A stretch of DNA of 64,000 nt from Synechococcus sp. (GCA_047284725.1 JBJBEO010000001.1:1336203-1400202); one strand, 5' to 3'. Positions 21,907-31,957 are shown, counted from the stretch's first letter. A program made the numbers and translations. The notes: generated by a model not told the origin, from the sequence alone.

Positions 21907-24444
21907 TTAATTTAATTGGCCTGCGGATGTCATTCGAAGCCGTTGATTCTCAAGAAGTTGGCGCAGAACGGGGTTGTGATTGAGCTGCGGATCCGTCTCG
22001 ATCAGACGTCTTGCTTCTTCGCGGGCATCATCAAGAACAGCACCGTCATCGGCGAGGCTCGCAAGCGCAAGATCTGGCAAACCCGACTGACGCGTACCCA
22101 GCACCTGCCCGGGGCCTCTCAAACGAAGATCCATTTCGGCGATCTCAAATCCATCCGTTGATCGCACCAAGACATCCAACCGTTGACGCGCCAAAAGATT
22201 GCGACTGTCGTTGACGAGCAGGCAGTGAGAAGCAGCAGCTCCACGGCCGACGCGTCCCCTGAGCTGATGAAGTTGAGCCAAGCCGAAGCGATCGGCATGG
22301 TCGATCACCATCACACTGGCTTCAGGGACGTCCACTCCCACTTCCACCACCGTGGTGGAGACCAGAACCTGGCAGTTTCCCTGCGCGAAGGCATGAATCA
22401 CGGCGTGCTTTTCAGCACTGCTGAGGCGGCCATGCAACAAGCCCACAGAGAAATCAGGAAAGACCTCTTCGTCGAGTTGACGATGCACATCAACGGCAGA
22501 GCGCAGATCCAATTTCTCCGATTCCTCCACAAGAGGCAGCACCACGTAAGCCCGCTGTCCCTCCTCCACCTGCTGGCGAATCAGGTCGTAAGCCTCCTGA
22601 CGATCTGAGCCGGCAATCTGTCTGGTTTGAATCGGTGTACGACCAGGCGGCAATTCATCGATCTGGCTCACGTCCAGATCACCATGCAAGGAGAGGGCCA
22701 GGGTTCGAGGGATGGGCGTCGCCGTCATCGTGAGCAGGTGCGGCTGAAGTCCTTTGCTGAGCAGACGATTGCGTTGACGCACACCGAAGCGGTGCTGCTC
22801 GTCCACCACCACAAGACCCAGCCGAGAAAAATCCACCGGGTCTTCAATCAAGGCATGGGTTCCGACAAGAATGTGCAGACTGCCGTTGGCAAGATCAGTG
22901 AGCATGCGGCGCCTGTTGGGACGCGACGTTGAGCCTGTGAGCAGCTCAACGCTCAGATGCAGCGGTGTCAACCACCGACAGAGACTGCGGTAATGCTGCT
23001 CGGCCAGGACTTCAGTGGGTGCCATCAACGCCCCCTGCCAGCCTGCATCGATGGCATTGAGCAGGGCCGCGACGGCCACCACCGTTTTGCCACTGCCCAC
23101 ATCCCCCTGCACCAGTCGAGCCATGGGCTCAGGCTTGACGAGATCCTCTTCAATCTCCGCCAGCACCCGTTGCTGCGCTCCAGTGAGAGCAAAGGGCAAC
23201 ACGTTGAGGAACTGCCCCACCAGGCCATCACGCTGACCAACACCCTCAAGCGTTGGCGCCTGGCGCTGACGGATGGCCGCACGACGCTGCATCAACCCCA
23301 GCTGGAGCAACAAAAACTCGTCGAACACCAATCGGCGCCTTGCCTGTTGAAGGCGCTCGCCGTCAACGGGTCGATGGATCCCCCGCAAGGCCTCTGCCTT
23401 GGCAATCAAATCGAGAGACTTGCGTCGATCAGGACAGAGGGGCTCGGGCCAGCCGTCGGCGAGGGGCAACACCAGCTCCACGAGGTTGCGGAGGCGGTCG
23501 GCAGTAAGCCCCTCGGTGAGGCCGTACACAGGCAACAGACGGCCGATCTGACGGGAGCGCAGGGGAGCACCGGCGGATTCCATCACTTCAATCAAGGGAT
23601 CCTGGAAGGTCAGCCCATAGGGACCCGACTTGACGAAGCCACTGATGGCGACGGTGGCTCCAACCGGGAACTGACGCGTCTGGGCGTGGAGGGCAGCAGG
23701 ACTGCTGAAACGTTTTCCCGCCAGAAACCGCGTGACCTTCAGGCGACCCGTCGGATCCTGCACCTGCAGCTCAAGGATCGAGAGGTTGGGATTACGGGGA
23801 CTGGTGAAGCCATGACATCGGCGCACGCACGCCACGATGGTGGCCGTCTCTCCGGCCTCCAGCGCTTCAATCCGACGCATGGCGGAATAGTCGACATAGT
23901 CGCGCGGGTAATAGAGCAGTAGATCGCGCACGACCAGAAGGCCCAGACTCGCCAATCGCTCGGCCAACTTCGGTCCGATTCCCTTCACCCGTGCCAATGG
24001 AGCCTCAAGGCTGATGGGCCCTGCCGACGTCATGCTTGCTTTGGCAACTGCCTGAGACTCCGCCAGCCTGAGGCGTGGCGGCGCGATCGGCTGAGTGGGT
24101 TCCAACCGTTGACGCAAGCCATGCAGCCACTGGCGGGTGGTGGTGACCAGACGGCGACGGGCTGCTTCCTGAAGGGAGGGGTAGCCGCTGTAAGCCTCCA
24201 TGAAATTCTGCAGACGCGCCCTGCTATCAGCCGGCAGGGGAATGGGTGGCGGGGTCGATAACTCGCGTGTCAGGAAGGAATGGAACCGTTCCTGACGCCC
24301 CTGCAGATCGACAAACCCACGGTCAGCCTCAAGGGTCAAGGCCGTCTGCAGCGGTCGCAACCAGGCATGCAGCAGTTTCAGATCGGCCGCAGAGCAAGCC
24401 GGCGTCAGGTCTGGGGGGAACTGTTGGGGGGACTCTGCCACCAC
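21907..24444 (-). CDS. recG: ATP-dependent DNA helicase RecG
   Basis: ARRRLVFDE, QGDVGSGKT, APTEVLAEQH, DEQHRFG, MTATPIPRT, QLHQLRGRVGRG and DLRLRGPG motifs; start uncertain. Confidence 0.96.
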   Translation of the reverse strand: MVAESPQQFPPDLTPACSAADLKLLHAWLRPLQTALTLEADRGFVDLQGRQERFHSFLTRELSTPPPIPLPADSRARLQNFMEAYSGYPSLQEAARRRLVTTTRQWLHGLRQRLEPTQPIAPPRLRLAESQAVAKASMTSAGPISLEAPLARVKGIGPKLAERLASLGLLVVRDLLLYYPRDYVDYSAMRRIEALEAGETATIVACVRRCHGFTSPRNPNLSILELQVQDPTGRLKVTRFLAGKRFSSPAALHAQTRQFPVGATVAISGFVKSGPYGLTFQDPLIEVMESAGAPLRSRQIGRLLPVYGLTEGLTADRLRNLVELVLPLADGWPEPLCPDRRKSLDLIAKAEALRGIHRPVDGERLQQARRRLVFDEFLLLQLGLMQRRAAIRQRQAPTLEGVGQRDGLVGQFLNVLPFALTGAQQRVLAEIEEDLVKPEPMARLVQGDVGSGKTVVAVAALLNAIDAGWQGALMAPTEVLAEQHYRSLCRWLTPLHLSVELLTGSTSRPNRRRMLTDLANGSLHILVGTHALIEDPVDFSRLGLVVVDEQHRFGVRQRNRLLSKGLQPHLLTMTATPIPRTLALSLHGDLDVSQIDELPPGRTPIQTRQIAGSDRQEAYDLIRQQVEEGQRAYVVLPLVEESEKLDLRSAVDVHRQLDEEVFPDFSVGLLHGRLSSAEKHAVIHAFAQGNCQVLVSTTVVEVGVDVPEASVMVIDHADRFGLAQLHQLRGRVGRGAAASHCLLVNDSRNLLARQRLDVLVRSTDGFEIAEMDLRLRGPGQVLGTRQSGLPDLALASLADDGAVLDDAREEARRLIETDPQLNHNPVLRQLLENQRLRMTSAGQLN

Positions 24445-25643
24445 TGTTTCTGCACCTGATGGGTCTGGGCACGCCGCTGCCAGTGGCGCTGCTGTCGAAC
24501 CATTGTGAGCAAGCTGCGCTTGCGCTGACGAAGGCTGCTGCGACAACGACGTAAAGACACCAGATCAAACTCAAGGTCTGCGGTGCGAAGCAACACACAG
24601 TTGAGGTCAATCAGGTCATCACTACCCTGAGCCATCGTCGGCAGGGGCACTCTCAGGCGCAGCAGATTCGAAGCTGATGGCAAGGTTTCCACCTGTCCCG
24701 AAAGCACGGCATCCAGAAGGCTCATCGGCAACAAGCTGCTGGCCAGGCCAGCTCGAAGCAACTCCACGTTGATGGCATGGGAAAGATTGCGAAGACGACG
24801 CTTGACCGCCCAATCAAGCCCGTCCAGCCAGCGTTGCAGCTCCAGAGGCATCGACGGCATGAACTCCGAAGCGTTGTCGCTCGAGCTGGACGAGGGTTCC
24901 TCGGCGTCAGCAACGTTGCGAAGGGAAGCCTGGTCCTCTGCATCCATCGCCTGGCCGGCCATCACGAACAAGGAACGCAGCAGAGCCAAATCGGTGCTCC
25001 CGTGGGATGAATCGCCATCTAGCCCAGACGGATCGGCCCCTGTTGAAGGCTCGTCGAACAGGACGTCGGATCCCAACGACGCATCCTCCTCAGCAGGTTC
25101 ATCGTCGGGCTGACCAAGCGGTGGAAGCAATCCCTCCAGCAGCTCAGGTTGATCGATCGGCGGGGACAAACTCAGGCTCACCGAGCCCGCTCCATCTCCT
25201 GCATCGGAGCCAGAGCCAGCGCGCTCAGGGTCACGGTGCGGGCGTGCACCCTCAACGGCATCCGAGTGTCGTTGCAGGGAGTCCACCATCGACTGCTTCA
25301 GTTGACGACGCTGGATGTGCTCTTCCTGCGCAAGATCCCGGGCCAACAGTTGCAGCTGCTCAATGGTGAGCAAGGATGAACACCGCTTGACCAGCTGATC
25401 AATCCGACCCTGAAGTTCGTCACGGGATTGTTCGGACACCTGAATGAGGCGATCACGATCGATGCCACACAGCAACTCACCTAGGGCCGTATGGACAACC
25501 TGAGGGAGGTGGTGGCGAAGACGACGAAGGTAATCGGCTTGGTCAGCATAAAAAGCTGGTGCCGAATCACGACACCAGCTGCGTAGACGAGCCAGTTGCT
25601 CGTCAGGATTGAAGGAGACGTTCCTGTCTTGGTGGGTCGCCAA
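24405..25643 (-). CDS. Conserved hypothetical protein between tsf and recG (helical, with acidic low-complexity middle)
   Basis: 412-aa ORF starting right after the tsf stop and overlapping the recG start; LRNLSHAINVELLRAGL segment. Confidence 0.8.
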   Translation of the reverse strand: MATHQDRNVSFNPDEQLARLRSWCRDSAPAFYADQADYLRRLRHHLPQVVHTALGELLCGIDRDRLIQVSEQSRDELQGRIDQLVKRCSSLLTIEQLQLLARDLAQEEHIQRRQLKQSMVDSLQRHSDAVEGARPHRDPERAGSGSDAGDGAGSVSLSLSPPIDQPELLEGLLPPLGQPDDEPAEEDASLGSDVLFDEPSTGADPSGLDGDSSHGSTDLALLRSLFVMAGQAMDAEDQASLRNVADAEEPSSSSSDNASEFMPSMPLELQRWLDGLDWAVKRRLRNLSHAINVELLRAGLASSLLPMSLLDAVLSGQVETLPSASNLLRLRVPLPTMAQGSDDLIDLNCVLLRTADLEFDLVSLRRCRSSLRQRKRSLLTMVRQQRHWQRRAQTHQVQKQWWQSPPNSSPQT

Positions 25644-25645
25644 GA

Positions 25646-26302
25646 TCAGCCTTTGGCCATCGAGGCCACTTCGGTCGCGAAGTCAACCTGCTCAACCTCG
25701 ATCCCTTCACCCAGGGTGTAACGAGTGAAGCGACGCACCTGAACGTTTTCACCGATTTTGCCGGCAGCCTGCTTGACCAGTTCGGCAACGGAAATGGAGC
25801 TGTCTTTGATGAAAGGTTGCTCCATCAACGCCAGTTCCTTCAGGCGCTTGGCAATACGCCCTTCAACAATTTTCTCCTTCATTTGATCCGGCTTGCCATC
25901 GAGATCATCACGGCCCATCTCGATCGACTTCTCGCGGTCGCGGATCTCGTTGGGAATTTCGTCGGTGGTCACGTACTCAACGTTGGGGCAAGCAGCGATC
26001 TGCATGGCTACATCGCGAAGCAGCTCTTGGAACATGTCGCCACGGGCGACGAAGTCGGTCTCGCAGTTCACTTCCACAAGCACACCAACGCGTGCACCCG
26101 TGTGGATGTAGCTACCGATGGAACCCTCCGCAGCGGTACGGCCTGACTTCTTCTCGGCGCTGGCGATGCCCTTCTGACGAAGCCATTCAACGGCCTTGTC
26201 GCAATCACCGTCTGTCGCTGCAAGGGCTTTCTTGCAGTCCATCATTCCTGCGCCGGTTTTATCGCGCAGTTCCTTGACAAGCTTGGCGGATACGGCAGCC
26301 AT
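25646..26302 (-). CDS. tsf: Elongation factor Ts
   Basis: [32 protein letters not shown] and [12 protein letters not shown] motifs. Confidence 0.98.
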   Translation of the reverse strand: MAAVSAKLVKELRDKTGAGMMDCKKALAATDGDCDKAVEWLRQKGIASAEKKSGRTAAEGSIGSYIHTGARVGVLVEVNCETDFVARGDMFQELLRDVAMQIAACPNVEYVTTDEIPNEIRDREKSIEMGRDDLDGKPDQMKEKIVEGRIAKRLKELALMEQPFIKDSSISVAELVKQAAGKIGENVQVRRFTRYTLGEGIEVEQVDFATEVASMAKG

Positions 26303-26341
26303 CGGAGGGGGGGGGGTGAAAAAGAGTGTTTGACAAGAAGT

Positions 26342-26372
26342 GCCGCCTTCCCGAACCAGGCGGGAGGGCGGC
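26342..26372 (-). terminator. GC-rich hairpin between rpsB and tsf (attenuator, partial terminator or stability element)
   Basis: GCCGCCTTCCCG-aaccagg-CGGGAGGGCGGC, 12-bp stem with one imperfect pair; followed on the minus strand by ACTTCTT. Confidence 0.55.
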
Positions 26373-26394
26373 AACTGAAAGATGACGACAGGGA

Positions 26395-27114
26395 TCAGCC
26401 CTGGTAATCGTCTCCGCCGCGCTGATCGTTGGCACCGTGACGGCCTTCATTGATGGCATCAGCCAGACGGCTGAGCACCAGCTGAACGGAACGCACAGCG
26501 TCGTCGTTGCAAGGGATGGGAACCTCGCAGAGGTCCGGATCGCAATTGGTGTCGAGCATGGACACCAGAGGGATGTCGAGCTTGCGGGCCTCGAGAACCG
26601 CATTGGTTTCACGACGTTGATCCACCAGGACCACCACGTCGGGAAGACGGCGCATGTTCTTGAGACCGCCCAGATACTTCTGAAGACGCTCGAGCTCACG
26701 ACGAAGAACTGCAGCCTCCTTCTTGGGGCGCATGGCGATGGCGCCGCTGGACTCCATCCGCTCCAGATCCTTGAGGCGATCGATCCGAGCCTTCATGGTG
26801 GTCCAGTTGGTGAGCATGCCCCCCAACCAACGCTGATTCACATAGGAACCACCACAACGGGAGGCCTCGAGAGCGACTACTTCAGAAGCCTGCTTCTTGG
26901 TGCCGACGAAGAGGAAACGCTTGCCGCTGCGAGCAGCTGAACGCACCCACTTGTAGGCGTTGTTCATGCAGACGGCGGTCTGCACGAGGTCAATGATGTG
27001 GACTCCATTGCGCGCGCAATAGATGTAGCGCGACATCTTGGGATTCCAACGACGGGTCTGGTGCCCAAAGTGGGCACCAGCCTCCATCATTTCGGAGAGA
27101 GTGACAACAGCCAT
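26395..27114 (-). CDS. rpsB: 30S ribosomal protein S2
   Basis: [40 protein letters not shown] and NDDAVRS motifs. Confidence 0.99.
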   Translation of the reverse strand: MAVVTLSEMMEAGAHFGHQTRRWNPKMSRYIYCARNGVHIIDLVQTAVCMNNAYKWVRSAARSGKRFLFVGTKKQASEVVALEASRCGGSYVNQRWLGGMLTNWTTMKARIDRLKDLERMESSGAIAMRPKKEAAVLRRELERLQKYLGGLKNMRRLPDVVVLVDQRRETNAVLEARKLDIPLVSMLDTNCDPDLCEVPIPCNDDAVRSVQLVLSRLADAINEGRHGANDQRGGDDYQG

Positions 27115-27119
27115 GGTGT

Positions 27120-27195
27120 TTGGGGTTTCGGGTTCGCCTCCACCTGTCAGGGATGGTCAAAGACCAGCACCCGAAACAGACAGGTGTGCGGAATG
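27120..27195 (-). promoter_or_regulatory. rpsB 5' leader RNA (t44 / S2 autogenous-control structure)
   Basis: Minus strand: CACCTGTC pairs with GACAGGTG; internal TGGTC-ttt-GACCA hairpin; TTTCGGGT pairs with ACCCGAAA as a pseudoknot; GTGGAGG...AACCC as in known rpsB leaders. Confidence 0.8.
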
Positions 27196-27226
27196 AAAGA
27201 ACCTGATGAACTTATCAAAAGGCCGA

Positions 27227-28159
27227 TCAGCGCAGCCCAAGGGCTTTGGCCTCTCTGAACAGAGCCCGCACGCCGATTCGGTTCAAAGGAAGTCGCAGCA
27301 ATTCCATCGCCAGCGCAGCTCGGTGATGACGAATCAGCCAGGCCAAGAGAGGACGAAGGCTGCGCTCGTTGATCAGACCACCCAGAGTGAGCAGCTCCCA
27401 GAGAGCGAGGTGTAACCAAGTGAACTGAATGATGAAACGCACCCTTCGCGTTGGATGCTTTCGGTAGAACACCAGCCCCATCTTGGCTCGTTCCTGCTCA
27501 ACACGAATCAGGTCAGGAACCTGGGCCAAGGACAAAGCAGGATGCCAGTGATAGCCGACAGCCTCGGGGCATTTGACCAGCTGCACACCCATCTGACGCA
27601 GGCGCTCACCCAGTTCGAGGTCCTCCCATCCGTAAAGACGGAAGCCTGTGTCGAACAGGCCCGATTGCTGAAGCACTGCACGGTCGATCGCCACATTGCC
27701 CGTGGCGAAATAGGCCCATGACAGATCCCGCAACTTGTGACGTTCTGCGCTGGGTTGGTCGAAGTTGGCAGTATTGATCACCGCCCCATAGGTGAAACAG
27801 AGCCTGTTGCTGCGCTGAGCCCAGCTGCGGCTCAGTGCCCGGGCATGACTGACCAGGAACACCGGGGTGACGACAAGGTCACTGTCGATGAAAACGATCA
27901 CATCACCACGGGCCTGATCAACGCCGCGATTGCGGGCTTCGGCAGGTCCGCCATGGTCCTGCTCAATCAGACGCAGATGGGGAAAATGCTGCGCCTGTTC
28001 CCGCAGACGAAGAGGCGTTCCATCCGTCGAACCATCATCCACCACCACCACCTCATATCCCTCGACTTCGCCTGAGGGCGCCTGATCTTCAAGGGCCGTG
28101 AGGCACTTCTCAAGGATGGGCCAACGGTTGTAGGTGGGGATGACAACGCTGAAGAACAT
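27227..28159 (-). CDS. Glycosyltransferase family 2
   Basis: SVVIPTYN, VVDDGSTDGT, ARNRG, FIDSD and YGWEDLELG motifs. Confidence 0.93.
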   Translation of the reverse strand: MFFSVVIPTYNRWPILEKCLTALEDQAPSGEVEGYEVVVVDDGSTDGTPLRLREQAQHFPHLRLIEQDHGGPAEARNRGVDQARGDVIVFIDSDLVVTPVFLVSHARALSRSWAQRSNRLCFTYGAVINTANFDQPSAERHKLRDLSWAYFATGNVAIDRAVLQQSGLFDTGFRLYGWEDLELGERLRQMGVQLVKCPEAVGYHWHPALSLAQVPDLIRVEQERAKMGLVFYRKHPTRRVRFIIQFTWLHLALWELLTLGGLINERSLRPLLAWLIRHHRAALAMELLRLPLNRIGVRALFREAKALGLR

Positions 28160-28202
28160 CCGCGCTCGATCGGAGCAAGTGAACAGTCAGCCTAAAGACA
28201 CG

Positions 28203-28226
28203 AAAAAAGGGGGCTTCTGCCCCCTA
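28203..28226 (-). terminator. Rho-independent terminator downstream of the 51-aa ORF
   Basis: Minus strand AGGGGGC-agaa-GCCCCCT followed by TTTTT. Confidence 0.85.
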
Positions 28227-28252
28227 ATCAACGGATGCACTGATCGCAGGGA

Positions 28253-28408
28253 TCAGTCAGCAGCACCACCGTTGTTAGCGGTTCCGGTCACCCCGTTACC
28301 GGCACCTTCGCCACGGCCGTCATTCCGCATCTTGCGCTTCTTGAACTTGCGGGCATAGGCGCGGTTGCGCTCCTGCTTTTCCTTCTTGAGGTTCCTGCGC
28401 TTGGCCAT
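28253..28408 (-). CDS. 51-aa highly basic small protein (not in ORF track)
   Basis: MAKRRNLKKEKQERNRAYARKFKKRKMRNDGRGEGAGNGVTGTANNGGAAD; codons resemble those of highly expressed genes (AAG, CGC, AAC); has its own terminator. Confidence 0.8.
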   Translation of the reverse strand: MAKRRNLKKEKQERNRAYARKFKKRKMRNDGRGEGAGNGVTGTANNGGAAD

Positions 28409-28443
28409 CGCGGAGTTGATGAAAACAATGGATTCACACCAAC

Positions 28444-29124
28444 CTACCCAACGGTGGAGAAGAGGCGACCATCATCCATTCGCAATAAGCGATCAGCGAC
28501 ATCAAGAATGCGTGGATCGTGGGTGACCATCAACACGGAGCAATCCTGTTCACGGGCTAGCCGTTTGAGCAGATCCACCACCTCCCGTCCAGAGGTGCTG
28601 TCAAGCGCTGCAGTGGGTTCATCAGCCAACAACAACCTGGGGTGGGCAGCCAGTGCCCGCGCAATGGCAACCCTCTGTTTCTGACCACCGGAAAGATCGT
28701 GTGGGAGTTTATTGAGGTGGTCGCCAAGACCGACAGCCCTCAACCACTCCCGGGAGAGATCCCGCCTGGCCAGATACGACTGATCAGGCAGGAGATCAGC
28801 TCCCATCTGCACGTTCTGCTCTGCCGTGAGGCAACGCAGCAGGTTGTGTCCCTGAAAAATCATGCCGATCTTCCGGCGCAGTCGCTGACGCGCACCACGA
28901 CCGGCGCCATTCAGAGACTGACCGAGCACGTCCACCTGTCCCTGCTGCACCTTGCGCAACGCTCCAATCAGGGTGAGCAGAGTGGTTTTACCGCAACCTG
29001 AAGGGCCGCTGAGCAGCACCACCTCTCCAGGTTGGATCGAAAGAGCGATCCCCTGCAACACTTGCCGCCTGTTGGAGCCGCGGCCAAACCAGTGGCTGAG
29101 CCCATCAATGCAAACTGCCGCCAT
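28444..29124 (-). CDS. devA: DevA-family ABC exporter ATP-binding subunit
   Basis: GPSGCGKTT, IFQGHNLL, LSGGQKQRVAIARAL, LADEPTAALD and VTHDPRILD motifs. Confidence 0.88.
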   Translation of the reverse strand: MAAVCIDGLSHWFGRGSNRRQVLQGIALSIQPGEVVLLSGPSGCGKTTLLTLIGALRKVQQGQVDVLGQSLNGAGRGARQRLRRKIGMIFQGHNLLRCLTAEQNVQMGADLLPDQSYLARRDLSREWLRAVGLGDHLNKLPHDLSGGQKQRVAIARALAAHPRLLLADEPTAALDSTSGREVVDLLKRLAREQDCSVLMVTHDPRILDVADRLLRMDDGRLFSTVG

Positions 29125-30296
29125 CAGAAGATCTCCGCAGGGTCGGCATCGACAAGACGGCGCATGGCCAGGCCAGCGGAGAGCATGCACATCACAAGGA
29201 TCATCGTGAACACGGTGAACGCCCTGGTGAAATCCATGCCCACCGGCAAACGGGTGGTGTCACGGACCAGCCAAAACAGCCCCTGGCCTGCCAGATAAGC
29301 AGGGAGATAACCGATCACCGCCAGCAACAAGCCTTGCCGCACCACAACGCCTAACAGGGTGTCGACCCGGTACCCCATGGCCATCAGGGTGGCGTATTCA
29401 GGCAGATGGTCACTGACATCCGTGTAGAGGATCTGGTAAACGATCACGCAGCCCACCACAAAGCCCATGGCGGCACCCAGCGAGAAGATGAAACCGATGG
29501 ACGTACTGGTGCGCCAGTAGTTCTGCTCGAAATCGATGAAACTCTGCTTGGTGAGCACGCGGACGTCACTGGGAAGCAACTTGGTGAGACGGGCCTGAAC
29601 GGCAGCCGGGTCGGCTCCAGGCCTGAGGCGTATCAAGCCGAGTTCAATGGATCCCTGCGCTTTGTTTGGCATCAGATCCAGAAAGGTTTCCGAGCTAGTC
29701 AGTAAATTCCCGTCGGCACCAAAGCTGGTACCGATGGCCACCAGCCCAGCCACGCGCACCCGATGGCCGCTGATTTCGCTCTCCACGGTGCGACCGTCTC
29801 GAAACCAGTCCGCCACAGGTCCGAATTCCGGCCTGGAACGTTCATCAAAGAGCACTCTTCCTTTCTGCGACAGCAACGCAGCCTCCACCGATAGATCAGG
29901 GTTCATGAGGAACGGATCCTCCGGGTCGAATCCGAGGGCCAGAATCGATCGTGTTGTGCGCGTTTCCGGATTGCGCCAGAGCATCAGACTCCAGTGAACT
30001 GGGGTGATCCCTTCAACCTCGGCATCGGCAAACGTCTGAAACAGCCTGCGTCTGGGGAATCCAGCCATGCTCACCGAACTCGTGGAGCGCGGACTGATCA
30101 AGACCAGGTCGGCGTCAAAGCGACGGTGAACCGTGACACTGGCGTCGAACAATCCATCTCGGAATCCGAGCTGCATGAACATCAGGATTCCGGCAAAGCT
30201 GATGCCAGCGAGGGCTACCGCCAGGCGCACAGGCTGACGAATCAACATCAGGGAGGCCAGCGGAATGCGCCTTCTCTGCCAGAAGCTCATCCTCAC
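29124..30296 (-). CDS. devC: DevC-family ABC exporter permease (FtsX/MacB-like)
   Basis: RLAVALAGISFAGILMFMQLGF, SFGADGNL, VYQILYTDVSDHLPEYATL and ADPAEIF motifs. Confidence 0.9.
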   Translation of the reverse strand: MRMSFWQRRRIPLASLMLIRQPVRLAVALAGISFAGILMFMQLGFRDGLFDASVTVHRRFDADLVLISPRSTSSVSMAGFPRRRLFQTFADAEVEGITPVHWSLMLWRNPETRTTRSILALGFDPEDPFLMNPDLSVEAALLSQKGRVLFDERSRPEFGPVADWFRDGRTVESEISGHRVRVAGLVAIGTSFGADGNLLTSSETFLDLMPNKAQGSIELGLIRLRPGADPAAVQARLTKLLPSDVRVLTKQSFIDFEQNYWRTSTSIGFIFSLGAAMGFVVGCVIVYQILYTDVSDHLPEYATLMAMGYRVDTLLGVVVRQGLLLAVIGYLPAYLAGQGLFWLVRDTTRLPVGMDFTRAFTVFTMILVMCMLSAGLAMRRLVDADPAEIF

Positions 30297-31195
30297 TGAG
30301 CCGAGAAGCGTGCAATCACTTTCATGCCCGCAAGGCTTGTCACCCTCGCAGCGGAATCCGGATCCAGCTGAACGCGCACCTCCACAACGCGGGCATCAGC
30401 ATCTCCCGTGGGATCTGTCGACAACACCTGACGCTGACGCACCTGCGGGCTGATCCGGATCACGCGACCCTGAAGCGTTCCCTTGAATCCACCATTCTCG
30501 CTTGCGAGTGTGACGGGCTGTTCCAGGCGGATGCGGTTCACATCCGATTCGTACACCTCGATCAACGCCTCCATGCGTTGACTGGCGCCCACTTCAATCA
30601 TGCCCTCATCGCCAGGGCGCTCCCCCTCCCGGGTCTGCACCCGAAGAACGAGTCCATCAATCGGGGAACGCAGCTCACTGTCGGCAAGATCGGCCAAAAG
30701 CTTGCGACGCTCCGCGTCGGCTTCCTGCCATTGACCTTGAAGGCGCAGCAGTTCAGCTCGCTTGTCATCCAGTGACACCAACGCCGCCGCCCCGACCGAC
30801 GCCGCCTTGGTATAGCGCTCAACTTGCTTTTGCTGCAGGCGAATGTTGTCGGTGAGCGTGCGAAGACGAGCATCCACGACACCGAGATCGGCCTCGAGCT
30901 GAGGACGGTTGTCGAAACGAGCCAAGACCTGGCCGGCCTGAACCGCATCCCCTTCCTTCACAAGCAACGCAGACACCCTTGGGGTGCCGCCAAAACCACT
31001 CCAAGGGGCCGCCAGCTTTCTCACATCACCGGCAGGCTCCAGCTGACCCAAGGCAGCAACAGCTTCAGGCGCACGGACGATGGGATCTTCAGCAGGGGCT
31101 TGGCTGGCGTCATGGGGCCTGTTGAGCGCATAGAGACCAGCCATGACGACCAGGCCCAGGCCACCGCTCAACAGCAGGAGCAATGGACGTCGCAT
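30293..31195 (-). CDS. devB: DevB/HlyD-family membrane fusion protein
   Basis: N-terminal TM segment, VAALGQLEPAG, VKEGD, RSPIDG, EVYESD and DADARVVEVRV motifs. Confidence 0.88.
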   Translation of the reverse strand: MRRPLLLLLSGGLGLVVMAGLYALNRPHDASQAPAEDPIVRAPEAVAALGQLEPAGDVRKLAAPWSGFGGTPRVSALLVKEGDAVQAGQVLARFDNRPQLEADLGVVDARLRTLTDNIRLQQKQVERYTKAASVGAAALVSLDDKRAELLRLQGQWQEADAERRKLLADLADSELRSPIDGLVLRVQTREGERPGDEGMIEVGASQRMEALIEVYESDVNRIRLEQPVTLASENGGFKGTLQGRVIRISPQVRQRQVLSTDPTGDADARVVEVRVQLDPDSAARVTSLAGMKVIARFSAQ

Positions 31196-31938
31196 CAAGG
31201 AGTCGGTGGATCGTCGAAGAGCAGCTCTTCGATATAGCGATCGGCCCACTCCACGCTGAATGCTTTCTCCAGGACGCGTCGGGTTTTGTCGTTGCGTTTC
31301 TGTTGAAGGCAATAGGAGAGCTGGCCTTGGTGTCGATCAAGCGTAGAAACAGCATCGGAGGCATCGGGCTCCAACGTCTCAACAGCACCTCGAAGCACCG
31401 TGAGATAACTCTCCACCAGATCGACGAACCAGGCTTCCTCCGTGCTGTTGACAGGCCGGATGAAGCGGACGTAGGGAGAAAAAATGGTTCCCCATGCGGG
31501 CAATTCACGCACCTGTTCAAAGGGGGGAATGCTCAAAGCAGCCAGTGGCTGTTCCACGGACGCCGGCAGACGCTCCAGCACAGGGGAGAGATCAACGATG
31601 GCGGCAGAGATTCCAGCCGGGCTGGCGACAATATCTGCACCGAAGATGGGGAGGTCGTAGCGAGGGTCGGGGAAGAAAACGCAATGGAGAATCTGAAGAC
31701 CGAGGCCAAGCCGAGCGATTTCCAGATGCAATTTGCGCAGACCGCGGCACTGATGAAGTTCGTTGCGGATTGAGAGCGCTTCACCGTCAAGGATGGAGCT
31801 GATCGCTTCCAGCTCAGGATCCACAGCCAACGGCTGCAACGCCGGCATGGCATCCCTGGAATCCCTGATCCGGGCTGCCAGAGCATCCACCAACGGATGC
31901 AGCTGAAAGGTTGGAGTTGAGGGGGGAGGCGTTGGCAC
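31195..31938 (-). CDS. pcyA: Phycocyanobilin:ferredoxin oxidoreductase
   Basis: [37 protein letters not shown] and [15 protein letters not shown] motifs. Confidence 0.96.
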   Translation of the reverse strand: MPTPPPSTPTFQLHPLVDALAARIRDSRDAMPALQPLAVDPELEAISSILDGEALSIRNELHQCRGLRKLHLEIARLGLGLQILHCVFFPDPRYDLPIFGADIVASPAGISAAIVDLSPVLERLPASVEQPLAALSIPPFEQVRELPAWGTIFSPYVRFIRPVNSTEEAWFVDLVESYLTVLRGAVETLEPDASDAVSTLDRHQGQLSYCLQQKRNDKTRRVLEKAFSVEWADRYIEELLFDDPPTP

Positions 31939-31957
31939 CGGTGCGGTTCAGCACAGA

